DNA of 64,000 nt from Octopus vulgaris (Eukaryota), in NCBI GenBank assembly GCA_951406725.2, contig OX597821.1:60388001-60452000 (forward strand), written 5' to 3'. The position numbers were made by a program, and so were the translations under genes. Under the pieces are notes generated by a model that ran no database searches, was not told where the DNA came from, and saw only the letters and a list, made by a program, of their open reading frames with translations. This document shows positions 1-12,155 of this stretch, one piece after another (within the stretch, counting starts at the first letter, position 1; every line of letters starts with the position of its first letter).

Positions 1-201
1 CACACGGACGGTGGAATTGCTATAACAATACAGAAAAGGTAAATTGGTTTTTATTTTACTCTGTATATATTTTATTATATAATATTATATATAGATATAT
101 GTATATATAATTGCAGTATGAAACAGTGTTTATGTATAAACAGACGACACTTATATATAGTTATTATAATAAGAGATTAATAAATGTATGCATCCGTTTA
201 A
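1..201 (+). mobile_element. Internal part of the composite Helitron family
   Basis: Matches 36938-37117 (cacacgga.ggt.gaattgctataacaatacagaaaagg...aaatgtatgcatccgtttaa). Confidence 0.7.
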
Positions 202-512
202 CCCTTTCGTTACCAAACCGCCCGAATTTACCTATTCATATTTAAATGAGAATATCAGAGTAAATCTCTTTAGTACATTCGTGAAAACACGTATTATACT
301 TCGTAAACACTTCAACTACAGTTTTGTACAAAAATCGAAGTGTAATTTTAATTCCGTGAATTATGGGAGATTTTTTTCCGAAATTTGTTCCTATTGTGTT
401 TTCAAAATTTGTAATTCTGACAAAAAATGGATACGAATTTCATTATATCAAGCAGCGAGTCAGAATTCAAAGTATTTTCTACTGAAGACCTTCATAAATC
501 TAACTCTATGAC
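202..512 (+). mobile_element. piggyBac-like end inserted at TTAA
   Basis: TTAA|CCCTTTCG at 198-209; similarity to the 37 kb copy breaks exactly at this TTAA. The right TIR was not found. Confidence 0.45.
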
Positions 513-528
513 TGAAAAAAAAAAAGCA

Positions 529-923
529 TCTTTATATAAGAGTGAAGTTGTGTGTCTGTCTCCTACGATTTAGATTCGTAACTACTCCCACATTTTGCGG
601 TGCAGTTTAACCAAAACCGGGTATCTTATAGTCGTGATTCATATCGAGCCCTTCTGGGTATTAGCGCGCGTCTACGATAAGTCTACGATTTAAAAAAAAT
701 TTACCATCATATTTTTCCATTTTAATGCATTTTTTTCGTTTTTATATAAGGGAAGTAACTCTCTAAAAATATCTACGATGTGTCAACGATTTAAAAAAAA
801 ATTACCTTAATTTTTTTTTCAATTTTTAATGCATTTTTTTGCTATTTTTTGGCTATAACTCTCTAAAAATGCTTATATAGTTATTTCCCTTACAACCCGA
901 GCAACGCCGGGCGATACTGCTAG
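529..923 (+). mobile_element. Non-autonomous Helitron
   Basis: 5' A|TC, 3' hairpin CCCGAGCAACGCCGGG then CTAG|T, no TSD; related copies at 37229, 47126 and 48918. Confidence 0.8.
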
Positions 924-3059
924 TATATTTATACTTAAATATTCATTGCCTGAAAATCTTCAGTCTTTGCTTTCTTTCTGTTTGCGCACGTGTGCACGCG
1001 TACACACACACACACACACATGCACTTCCTAATTGGCGTTAGGAAGGGCATCCAACTGTAGAAACCTTGCCAGATCAGATTGGAGCCTAGTGCAGCTGCT
1101 TGCTCTCCTGACCTCAGTCAAACCGTCCAACCCATGCCAGCATGGAAAACGGATGTTAAACGATGATGATAATGATGATGATTTATACAATTCCTAATGA
1201 TATTTAATTATAAAAATATAGTAGGTTCTTTTTTTGGATTCAGTCCCACTGTGTGGAATGTAGTACCTTGGTTAAGTCTTCTACTATAGCCTCAGTTTGA
1301 CTAAAGCCTTGTTAATAGATTTGGCAGATGGAAACTGAAAGAAGCCCATTGGGTGGTGAAGTTCTAGTTTGGGGTTTCTGGTGTTGTGGAGAGTGTGGAA
1401 TCACCCTTTAATTGTTACTCTATCCAGATACATTCTGACTTGGAATGGTAGTACCTGTCAGGATCCAACTATGGGCTAAATAGGTTTCCCAGGGGTAGAG
1501 GAGGTTCCTTTTACTTTTGATAAAACCGTGAGGAAGGCAGCCCCTTCTAGGAGAAAGATAATTTGGCATAAAACTTGCAGTCAAAATAGTATTGGTCATC
1601 TTGCAATGCTTGTCACTGGAACCTACTGAGAGAGTGGTATATAAATAATTAGAAAATGAAGAAAACCACAGATAGACAAGCACATCAATTAAACCACATT
1701 TATAGCTTATTATTTAATACAAAACATGGCATAACATTTATGTAACATAGATTTGTAATGTGGTAGGGACAGTCTGCTCTGGGTGGCACTTCTAAAGGGG
1801 TGAGGTGACACCTTTGCAGATTTTCTATGGCTGGATGCCTTTCATCTCATGGACTCTTCACATGTTTCCAAGACTAGGTAAAATTTTCCCATGGCCAGAC
1901 ATGTTTTTCTTAGAACACTGGAACCAAAGAACTTCAGTTGTATAGCAGTGCTGCCCATTTACAAACATCACGTGATACACACACACACACACACATGATG
2001 GGCTTTTAGTTTCTGCCCACCAAATCTACTTACCAGTCTCAGTTTCTGGCCACCAAATCTGCTTACCAAAGTCCACATGTTTGGGAAGCAAGCTTCTTAA
2101 CTGTACAATCACACTTGCACCTATGTGTGAAAATATATTGTATAAAATAGTGTTTCTCAACTGGGGTCCCTATGAACTTTGGAAGTCCATATAAGATTTA
2201 ATTATTAAAATTTATGTGCAATAAATCAGTCATATTTCTACAATACATAAAATATTTTAGCATTTTTTTCATACAGTTCCTAATAATATTTAACTATAAA
2301 AATATAATGGGACTTTTTAAAACATTGAATGGGCATGAGGATCCTGTAGAGTGAAATAAGAATCACAGGGGTGCACAGATAAAAGGTGGTTCAGAAGCAC
2401 AGGTATAAAACATCAATAAGGATTTTTACTGCATAATCTCAATACCAAGTTTTCTTAGAGTTGTTGAATATTTCTGGTTTTTAAAATGATAAATCCCAAC
2501 ACCACCCTACACACAGCATTTGTTGAAATGTTTTCCCCACCCCCACACTTTATAAACACGGACACACAACTGAGTTTGAATCCATATAATTCTTCTTTCT
2601 TCTCTGTAGCATTGGAGAAGTTTCAATGTTTAAAACCCTATGGTTGTGTGGTTAAGAAGCTTGTTTTTCAACCACATGGTTTTGGGTTCAGCCCCATTGT
2701 ACAGCATTGTGGGCAAGTGCCTGCTTGTACAGCAGTTTGGCAAAAAGAGCAATAGAATAATTATGAAAGTTAAAAAATAATTACTGCAACCAATTTGTTT
2801 GAGTAAGTCCTTCGAGGTGGTGACCCAGCTGGCCACAGTCCAATGACTGACACGAGTAAAAGGTAAAAAACAAAAGATAAAGACAGTTATTTGTCCACCT
2901 CTTTTTCAATCTTCTGCCTCTTCACATCTCAATCTTCACACCTTTCCTGTGGGAAACAGTGATATAATTCATTGAACTGATTCTGGTGTATTAAGGTAGA
3001 TATTGTCAATCTCAGTCAAAAAATGACATCTAGCAGAACTTGAAGATAAATCGGGGTAT

Positions 3060-3927
3060 GTTTATAGTCTGGAGCTATACTGTTATCACACAATTACTTC
3101 TTTTATCAAACAAAATGCATTTTGGGAGGGAAAACCAAGCATCTACTTACTCCCTCCACAACACTATTCTCAAAAAGTCTTCGTGTGAACGTGACCTGGG
3201 TGTTATTGTCAACAGCGATTTGCTTTGGACAAAACAAATCGCTAAAATTGCCAAGAAGGTGTCTTGGCATCACTCACCAATCCTTTGTGAGCCACTCTCC
3301 GGCTATCTATCTGCGGCTTTATATAGTTATGGTAAGACCTCACCTGGAATTTGCATCACCAGTCTGGAACCCCTATCTTGCCCAGGATATTAATCATCTG
3401 GAAGCCGTTCAGCGACGTGCAACCAAAAGAATACCCTCCATCAGGCATTTGCCATATTCTGAACGCCTTACTTCCCTGGGCATGGACACATTGAAACTCC
3501 AACGTCTGGCAGCTGACTTGGCAGACACCCATAACATTCTTAACCATCTTACAAACAATAACTCTGAGCACCTTTTCAAACTCCACCTGTCTAACACCCG
3601 TGGACATATTTACAAAGTCAGGAAACAGCACAGCTCCCATGACTTTCGAAAACATTTTTTCACGCTGAGAGTTGCTGAAGCATGGAACAAACTGCCAGCA
3701 TCAGTTGTTAGTTGTCGGAGCACTGTATCCTTCAAAACTTCCATGCTTTCTAAGATTCGCCAACAATTCACCTGATTTTCTCCCCTCCATACACACGCAA
3801 GCATGTATCTGACTCGTACACTGTTCGCTTTCCAGACATTTGTACATTACTGCATATACTTTAGACGCACTTTTTGACAAGTTGTGGTGCACCTGAGCAC
3901 TGTATACAATAATTTCATTATTACTAA
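3060..3927 (+). mobile_element. CR1/L2-type LINE 3' fragment
   Basis: CERDLGVIV..L (frameshift) VRPHLEFASPVWNPY..LEAVQRRATK..LPYSERL..TRGH..RVAEAWNKLP, then a 3'UTR and (TTA)n-like tail. Confidence 0.9.
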
Positions 3928-4136
3928 TATTATTTAAAAATAGACAAGCAATCAAGATGCAAGGGAAATTACTGTGACCCGAGTTAGCTCCCTTGTCAAG
4001 GACAGCCGAAATCAATATTTGACATGGTTTTTGCTTAAGATTTCATCATTCCTATTTCATCATTCCTATTTCTGCATTCAAGTTTCGCTTCAGATATATT
4101 TCGATCTTGTAAAGGATCAATTACTGGCGGACGTCA

Positions 4137-4487
4137 GAGATAGGTCATCCACATAAGTTGGAATTTCTCCGTTTTGACGGGGATGATTTTTCAGCTAAAG
4201 TTAAAAAAAAAAAAAAAAAAATTCCATACACCATGAGGTTGAAAAATTTCTCTCTCTCTCTTTTAATTAAAAGGTTCTTCTCTTTGCTTTGAAGTGCATA
4301 GTATTCACAAAATCGATCAAACTCGGTTTAATAGTGGCGGTGGTGGAAGCGAAAAAAGTTCATAATTTTCTGAACATTTTTTTACTAAAACGATGCCCCC
4401 ACCATCATTTCGAAAGGCATTGTGAAAAAGATCTGAAGAATCCCCGTCAAAACAGAGAAATTCCAACTTGTGTGGGCGACCTATCCC
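4137..4487. mobile_element. MITE, possibly PIF/Harbinger-type
   Basis: About 48-bp imperfect TIRs (G.GATAGGTC..CCACA.AAGTTGGAATTTCTC.GTTTTGACGGGGAT), flanked by TCA/TAA. Confidence 0.75.
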
Positions 4488-4770
4488 TAACTTCACTCAA
4501 TTACTAATCAAAGCTGAAGTACTTTTTTGGCTATTAAGAAGGAAAATCGAATTTCTCTCGTGATGACGTACAAATTTATAAAATTTAAGAAAATATGAGA
4601 TAATGCTTTTTATTGGTTTTACGATATTTATCGTTTTTCATGGTCATCTGATATCTTTCTTATTTCTTTGTTTAATATTTTTCTTCCAATAAACGCATTT
4701 AATTGGGTAATGGAAACAGGTTTAACATACAAAAAAAAATCCAAGTATTATGTTAAAAATTCATAAATAT

Positions 4771-5142
4771 GGTGCAGGAGTGGCTCTGTGGTAAGTACCT
4801 TGCTTACCAACCATATAGTTCTGGGTTCAGTCCCACTGCATGGCACCTTGGGCAAGTGTCTTCTACTATAGCTTTGGGCTGACCAAAGCCTTGTGAGTGG
4901 ATTTGATAGAAAGAAACTGAAAGAAGCCCGTCGTATATATGTATGTGTGTGTATATGTTTGACAACCAATGCTGGTGTGTTTATGTACTCGTAACTTAGC
5001 GGTTCGACAAAAGAGACTGATAGAATAAATACTAGGCCTACAAAGAATAAGTCCTGGGGCCGATTTGCTCGATCAACTAAAGGCGGTGCTCCAGCATGGC
5101 CGCAGTCAAATGATTGAAACAGGTAAAAGAGTAAAAGAGTAA
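4771..5142 (+). mobile_element. tRNA-derived SINE family A, full length
   Basis: A/B-box head GG.GCAGGAGTGGCT.TGTGGTAAG..GGTTCAGTCCC, internal (TA/TG)n, GTAAAAGA tail. Further copies at about 8041-8552, 21570-21938, 27676-28052, 28537-28882, 32858-33236, 35300-36045, 52220-52742 and 63333-63745. Confidence 0.9.
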
Positions 5143-5312
5143 ACACCCGTGATCCCCAAAATATAGCAAATCAATTACTTAGTCACACCTTAAATTTCTA
5201 CTTTCAAGAAAGGTACCTTTGCAAATGGAAATTTTTTTCTACATGACCTTCTGCATGACCAAATAATGCCATCTGACAATTTGTTGTCTATCATTTCTCT
5301 CATCGGCCAATC

Positions 5313-5696
5313 GGAGGGGCAATGGCCCAGTGGTTAGGGCAGCAGACTCACGGTCATAGGATCGCGGTTTCGATTCCCAGACCGGGCGTTGTGAGTGTTT
5401 ATTGAGCGAAAACACCTAAAGCTCCACGAAGCTCCGGCAGGGGATGGTAGTGATCCCTGCTGTACTCTTTCACCACAACTTTCTCTCACTCTTACTTCCT
5501 GTTTCTGTTGTACCTGTATTTCAAAGGGCCGGCCTTGTCACTCTCTGTGTCACGCTGAATATCCCCGAGAACTACGTTAAGGGTACACGTGTCTGTGGAG
5601 TGCTCAACCACTTACACGTTAATTTCACAAGCAAGCTGTTCCGATGATTCGGATCAACCGGAACCCTCGTCGTCGTAACCGACGGAGTGCTTCCCC
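5313..5696 (+). mobile_element. tRNA-derived SINE family B
   Basis: Head GCAATGGCCCAGTGGTTAGGGCAG..GGTTTCGATTCC; 12-bp TSD CATCGGCCAATC (5301-5312, 5697-5708). Confidence 0.9.
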
Positions 5697-6118
5697 CATC
5701 GGCCAATCACATACAAAACAGTTGAGATCACTGGCATAGGTAGAATGTGTGCCACCCGGGGCAAGGAATTTTTTTCCCACAAGAGTTCCGGACCCCAGTA
5801 ATGAACTCATTTGCATACAACTAATCAGAACTCACCTTGAAAACCCACATACTGTGTACTACAACAGTACAGCCAATCAGACAGAATGGCGTATGCCACT
5901 CTGTGAGTACAGCATAACAGGTCTCACGTAAGAACCACAACTCCCCCCCTCCATCACCATCCTCATAGATCAATTGAGCACCATCTCTATATGGAGCTAA
6001 CATTAGGTACCTATGCTCAGACTGAGATTAGTGATACTGCATGTACCCATTGATATATGCAAGGAGGACGCCATATTGATTACGATGTTTCCAGATCAAC
6101 ACAAACTTTTAAAATTAG

Positions 6119-6119
<1 letters not shown>

Positions 6120-6159
<40 letters not shown>

Positions 6160-6377
6160 GTAATAATGAAATTATTGTATAGAGTGCTCAGGTGCACCAC
6201 AACTTGTCAAAAGAGCGTATAAAGCATATGCAGTAATGTACAAATGTCTGGGAAGTGAACAGTGTATAAGTCAGATACATGCTTGCATGTGTATGAAGGG
6301 GAGAAAAATCAGGTGTAGTGTTGGCGAGTCTCAGGAAGCATGGAAGTTTTGAAGGATGCAGTGCTCTGACAACTAAT
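6120..6377 (-). mobile_element. 5'-truncated copy of the same LINE 3' end with (TTA)n tail
   Basis: Reverse complement of about 3705-3925. Confidence 0.85.
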
Positions 6378-7463
6378 GTACAAAATCAGTCAAAAAATTA
6401 GGAAAGCACACACATTTACATTTTCTAGTAAATTATGCAAATTGGCAACACGTATAGCATCATCGGTGAGCAGCTCTCCATTCACTTTATACACTAAATT
6501 TCACATTTGTCCCCCCTATTCACCAGTTTAGAACAGTCGGGTTTTGCTCTGACGCACATTTTCCACCGAACTCAACTAGAGTAATTTCGTGACAAGGTGG
6601 ACACTAGTTTGATAGTTGAGCTCTGATTGGCTGTATGCAAATGAGTACACAAATAGGGTCCTGAACTCTCGTGGGAAAAGAATTCGCGCACATGGCGGCC
6701 CTTCCGTTTGCCGCATCGACTCCCCTCCTCCCCGCCAAAAAAACCCACGTATACGAAGCATTTACATTATATTATATCGTGGGTAATTAAGTGATGGCAG
6801 ACTATTTTAATGATTTTGAGGTAGCAAGTGAGAGAGAGAAAGAGTGAGTGAGAGAGAGAGAAAGAGGGAGAGAGAAAGTGAGTGAGTGAGTGAGAGAGAG
6901 AGAGACAGACAGACAGACAGCGAGGAGAAAGAGAGAAAGAAAGGAAACAAGAATGATTACTTATTAATGTTCTGTGTTTTATTAAAAAAAATATAATGAT
7001 CGAGTTATCGCCCCTGAAATAGTCCAAACCGAAAAGTAAGACATTTGCTACGGCGCTAAGCTTAATAATAAATAGACAGCTCTTTCCCCTGTGTTCAACG
7101 ACCACCCAACGCAAGCGGAAAAATCAGTAGAAACCGTATACGGCCTACACGAATCTCAATTACATAATCCCAGAAAAGAAACAAGTTAGGTTTAAAACTC
7201 CTAATTTTCATTTCCTCATTGTTGTACGGGAGAATGAATGAGTGGTTATAAACGTTGGTTAATTGGAGGCTACAGTAATGGGTTAATGGGTGTGAGTTCA
7301 ATCTCAGGGTCAATCACGTTATATCTAGTTCCATGCCGTGATTTCCCGAGTTAAGACAGTTTTGTTAGAACTTGTCCTTCCTTGATGCATTTTGTGCTGT
7401 TGCAGGTGAGTAACCCAGCAACAGGCCATACTAATCATTCATAGGTCCTAGGACTTCTAAAGT

Positions 7464-7846
7464 GGAGGTGCAATGGCCCAGTGGTTAGGGCAGCGGACTC
7501 GCGGTCATAGGATCGCGGTTTCGATTCCCAGACCGGACGTTGTGAGTGTTTATTGAGCGAAAACACCTACAGCTCCACGAGGCTCCGGCAGGGGATGGTG
7601 GTGATCCCTGCTGTACTCTTTCACCACAACTTTCTCTCACTCTTACTTCCTGTTTCTGTTGTACCTGTATTTCAAAGGGCCGGCCTTGTCATTCTCTGTG
7701 TCACGCTGAATATCCCCGAGAACTACGTTAAGGGTACACGTGTCTGTGGAGTGCTCAGCCACTTACACGTTAATTTTATGAGCAGGCTGTTCCGTTGATT
7801 CGGATCAACCGGAACCCTCGTCGTCGAAACCAATGGAGTGCTTCCA
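7464..7846 (+). mobile_element. SINE family B
   Basis: Near-identical to the 5313 copy; flanking repeat CCTAGGACTTC. Related heads or bodies on the minus strand at about 13965-14245, 40910-41240 and 61176-61474. Confidence 0.9.
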
Positions 7847-8941
7847 CCTAGGACTTCAGATGTAACTAAATAGCTCTGTACTCAGTTCTGCATTCCACAC
7901 GCCCTTCTGTCTATTGTGGTCAGACGAGGGCACATCAAACGACGACTCAGTATGAAGAATACAAGCCCCATAATCCTATTAATAAATTTCAGAAAACAAA
8001 TTTGGTAGTTTAAAATACCAAATATATTTTCTGTATTTTAAGGTGCAAGAATGACTGTGTGGTAGGTAGCATTTTCGAGAATGCAACAATCGGTGGGCTT
8101 TCTTTGCTTCTTCCACCAACCATTTCTTTCATGCCCTCATCATTGTGTTTTTGTCCAGCCCGCAGCTACTGCCTCTATGTATGGCTTTTATATAGAGATG
8201 GTTCTCACTAACCACATAGTTCTGGGTTCAGCCCCACTGCGTGACAAGTTGGACAAGTGTTTTCTACTATAGCCTTGGACTAACCAAAGCCTTGTGAGGG
8301 GATTTTGTAGATGGAAAGTGAAAGAAGCCTGTTGCATATATGTGTATATGTTTGTGTGTCTGTGTTTGTCCTCCCAACATCGCTTGACAAACAATGCTGG
8401 TGTGTTGACATCCCTGTAACTTAGCAGTTCGGCAAAATCAACTGATAGAATAAATACTAGGCTTACAAAGAATAAGTCCTGGGGTTGATTTGTTCGACTA
8501 AGGGAGGTACTTCAGCATGGCTGTAGTCAAATGACTGAATCATGTAAAAGAATATACTTACTTATTTCTTTATTGCCACCCCCGGGGGGGGGGGGGGGTA
8601 AACATACAGAAGACAAACAAGGACAGACAAAGGGATTAAGTCAACTACATCAATCCCAGTGTGTAACTGATACTTATTTAATCAACCCTGAAAGGATAAG
8701 TCGACCTCGGTGGAATTTGAACTCAGAACGTAGCAGCAGACGAAAGCATTTCACCCAGTGTGCTAAAGATTCTGCCAGCTCGCCACCCTTAAAAACAATA
8801 TATTTATTGATGTACATATGTTTTATCCCAACTATGACCTGAATATAGAACTATAACTACAGTTTTATGCCATTATTTTATAATATGATATTATTTATAC
8901 ACACACATTTTATGACATTACTGCTTGCTTTTATGCGATGA

Positions 8942-9416
8942 CTAGCAGCATAGCCCGGCGTTGCCCGGGTATGTAAGAGCCCCTAGTAGGCAACGACTAA
9001 TCCCAATCTAGTCCTTTCCCTCTAGGGAACGAAGGCGCATGTGTAGGTTGCAATGTCTTCTCTTCACTCGAATACTTCTGTGTATATGATGTTCCTAGCT
9101 GTCCCTTTGGGCGATAAAATGGTCGAGTTGTGTCCCCTGGACAGAAAATGTGTTGCATATAAAAAGCTTAGATTCTCGACTCCATGTGGAATTTATTGAT
9201 TCAGAACTGGGGGAACTTTTCAAAATTTTCACTGCGTTAGTTTTGAATTATGACATTGGGCTATGTGTGTGTCAAGTTTCATCAGAATCGGTTGAAAGCC
9301 GTGGTCAGGGTGAGGGTACAACCTGACAGACACACAGACAGACAAACTGCCGTTTATATATAGATAGATTGCCCCCCCCCCACAGACAGACAAACTGCCA
9401 TTTATATATAGAGAGA
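8942..9416 (-). mobile_element. Non-autonomous Helitron (second subfamily)
   Basis: A|CTAG..CCCGGCGTTGCCCGGG hairpin at the left end; TC-tatata terminus duplicated at the right end. Confidence 0.7.
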
Positions 9417-11553
9417 TATACGATGAGAATGATGATGATGATGAAGCTCTCTTATCAACTTTGCATTTTGTTTATCACAATTTTTCATCCAATCAACACA
9501 TCCATTGTGCTGTTTTTGAAATCCAAAGACATTTCTTAAAGCATAGCCATTTTGTATTTGGCAGTTTTATTTTTCTGCCACTTATATAATAATACAACTC
9601 TGTCCTTGAATTTGTTGATAATTTTAAAAGGTGTTATGAATAAATAAGTTTGGAAATTGTCAAAAACCTATCCAAAGTTTTCTGTACCCCTAATCTGTTG
9701 ATTTTCTTGGAAATGTTTATAACAATAAGTTATATAATGTCTGTCATAAGGTGTTTTAGGTACCTGTCACTATTGATTGACTAAATTTTGAAAACATTCT
9801 TGTTTGAATTCTGTTCTGAGCCAAATTATTTTTGTTTATGAAATTTAAGAGTTCGTTTTATCTTCTATCTTTAATTTGTTTCACTCAATACATTGTGGTC
9901 ATGCTGGAGCACCACTTTGAATAAATTGACCCAAGTGTAGTAATTTTTTTTTTAAAGCCTGATAAATTATTCTACTAGTCTCTTTTACTGATCTGCTAAG
10001 TTACAGGGGATGTAAACACATCAACACCTGTTGTCAAGTGGTAGTTGGGGACAAACACAGACACAAGTACTCACACACACGCACTCACAAACACACACAC
10101 ACTCATGCACATACACACATGTGTGCACACACACGTGCAGATGCTCACAAACACACACACATACACAATGGCCATCTTTCAGTTTTATATTTCTTTATTG
10201 CCCACAAGGGGCTAAACATAGAGGAGACAAACAAGAACAGACAAAGGGATTAAGTCGATTAGATCGACCCCAGTGCGTAACTGGTACTTTATTTATTGAT
10301 CCCCCCGAAAGGATGAAAGGCAAAGTCGATCTTGGCAGAATTTGAACTCAGAACGCAACGTTTCTGCCAGCTCACTGCCTGCTTTCAGTTTCTGTCTGCC
10401 AAATCTACTCACAAGGCTTTGGTTGGCCCTAGGCTATAATAGAAAAGACTTGCCCAAGGTGGCACACAGTGAAACTGAGTTCAGAACACAAGTCTAGGCA
10501 AGATCATTCATTGAAGACCAGTAGTTGCCCATGCATACCAGCCTCCCCTTTCCGTGCCACTGATGTGATTCAAGGGAAAGGCAAAACCCAATATAGCTTG
10601 GCACCAGTGATGTCACAACTCATAACTACAGCTGAGTGAACTGGAGCAACGTGAAATATAGTGTGTTGTGCAAGAACACAACACACAGCCTGGTCTGGGA
10701 ATTGAACTCACAACCTCATGATTGTGAGCCTGACACTTTAACCACTTTCACTTATGTATATAACAAGTATAAATTTATAGATTTCTTATATCTCTTCTGT
10801 TCTAAGTTTCATGTCTTTGTTAGCTGGTGGCCTGATTAAGGTAGCAGAGCATCAGATAAAGTGCCTTGTGGTATTTGTTCTGATTCTTAGCAATCTAACT
10901 ACAAATTCAGCCAAGTTCCACTTTCTTTCATTCTTTTGGTGATGGTGGTGGTGTGGAGGCAATAAAAAAGTACCAGTCTAGGGCTGGGGTTTGGTGAAAC
11001 AGTAAGAATATCAGACCAGATGCTTTATGGCATTTATTTTAGATCTTTGAGTTCTGAGTTCAAATCCCACTGCCTGATACATTGGGTGTCTTTAGTAGAA
11101 TCCTCTATGTTGCAATCATTTGTGCTACGACCCTGGTTTGAGAATATCTTCAGCCTTCACTCCCAACTACCAATTTTGGAGGCCCTGTAATGGGTGATGG
11201 TCACCGCTTTTCTTCCAGACTAAAAGAGAGAATATAAAAAATAATAATTTAGAGCTTTGTGTGTTGTATAGTTGTAAGCATTGTTGAATGCTGTAGATAT
11301 AGCTATGGGCACAGGTATGGCTGTATGATTAAGAATTTTGCTTTCCAACCATGTGGTCTCAAGTTCAGTCCCACTGCAAGGCACCATGAGAAAATGTCTC
11401 CTAGTATATTCCCAAACCAACCAAAGCCTTGTGAATAGATTTGATTGATAGAAACTAGAAGAAGCCCACTTTATATATATAACCCATGCCAGCATGAAAA
11501 ACAGACATTAAATGATGATGAAAATGATAATGATGATGATGATGATGATGATG

Positions 11554-11603
<50 letters not shown>

Positions 11604-11878
11604 TACCAAAATAGATTCAATATAGAGATAACGAACTTTAAAAAAAAATTCTGTTAGCTCGCTTTCCTCGATTTCAGCACGATGTGTATTTATAGTGAAT
11701 ATATATTGTAATGTGGAAATTGATGATTTAAAGTCTGTTCTCAGTATATTGGCATTGAAATAATTTTTCTATTGGCCTTGTTTATAAGTTGTTTATAATT
11801 TTAACCTTTATAGGTATTTTAATATGCTGCCACTTTTGATGAAATTTTTTCTGAAAAATTTTTTATCCTATATTAGTA

Positions 11879-11920
<42 letters not shown>

Positions 11921-11923
11921 ATA

Positions 11924-12155
11924 TATTATTCTTTAACAAGAATGGTATTGACAGTGACTTTGAAATTTCAGCCAGCTAAGCCATCATTGGGCTTTCTGAT
12001 GATGGTTTAGCTGGTCAAAATATTGAAGTCTCTGTCAATTACTATTCTTGTTAAAGAATAATAAATTTGTTCACTACAACAGTAAGGAGTAATTCTGCAG
12101 GTTAATGCAAAATTATTTTTAAGTACTACTGAACATAAAAACAAAAATTAATGTC
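11924..12155. mobile_element. 140-bp palindrome with degenerate hammerhead core plus tail, next to (TA)n
   Basis: Arms of about 63 bp (11924-11987 and 11999-12063). CTGATGA lies at 11996-12002; GAAA is intact only in the opposite arm. An unpaired tail of about 90 nt follows. Confidence 0.6.

Noticed and set aside
3980-4026. Minus-strand MSNIDFGCP-TGA as a selenoprotein start
   Set aside because: An in-frame TAA follows three codons later and no SECIS was recognised.
5313-5390. tRNA gene
   Set aside because: tRNA-like head continues into a multi-copy SINE body with TSDs; the same applies to family A heads.
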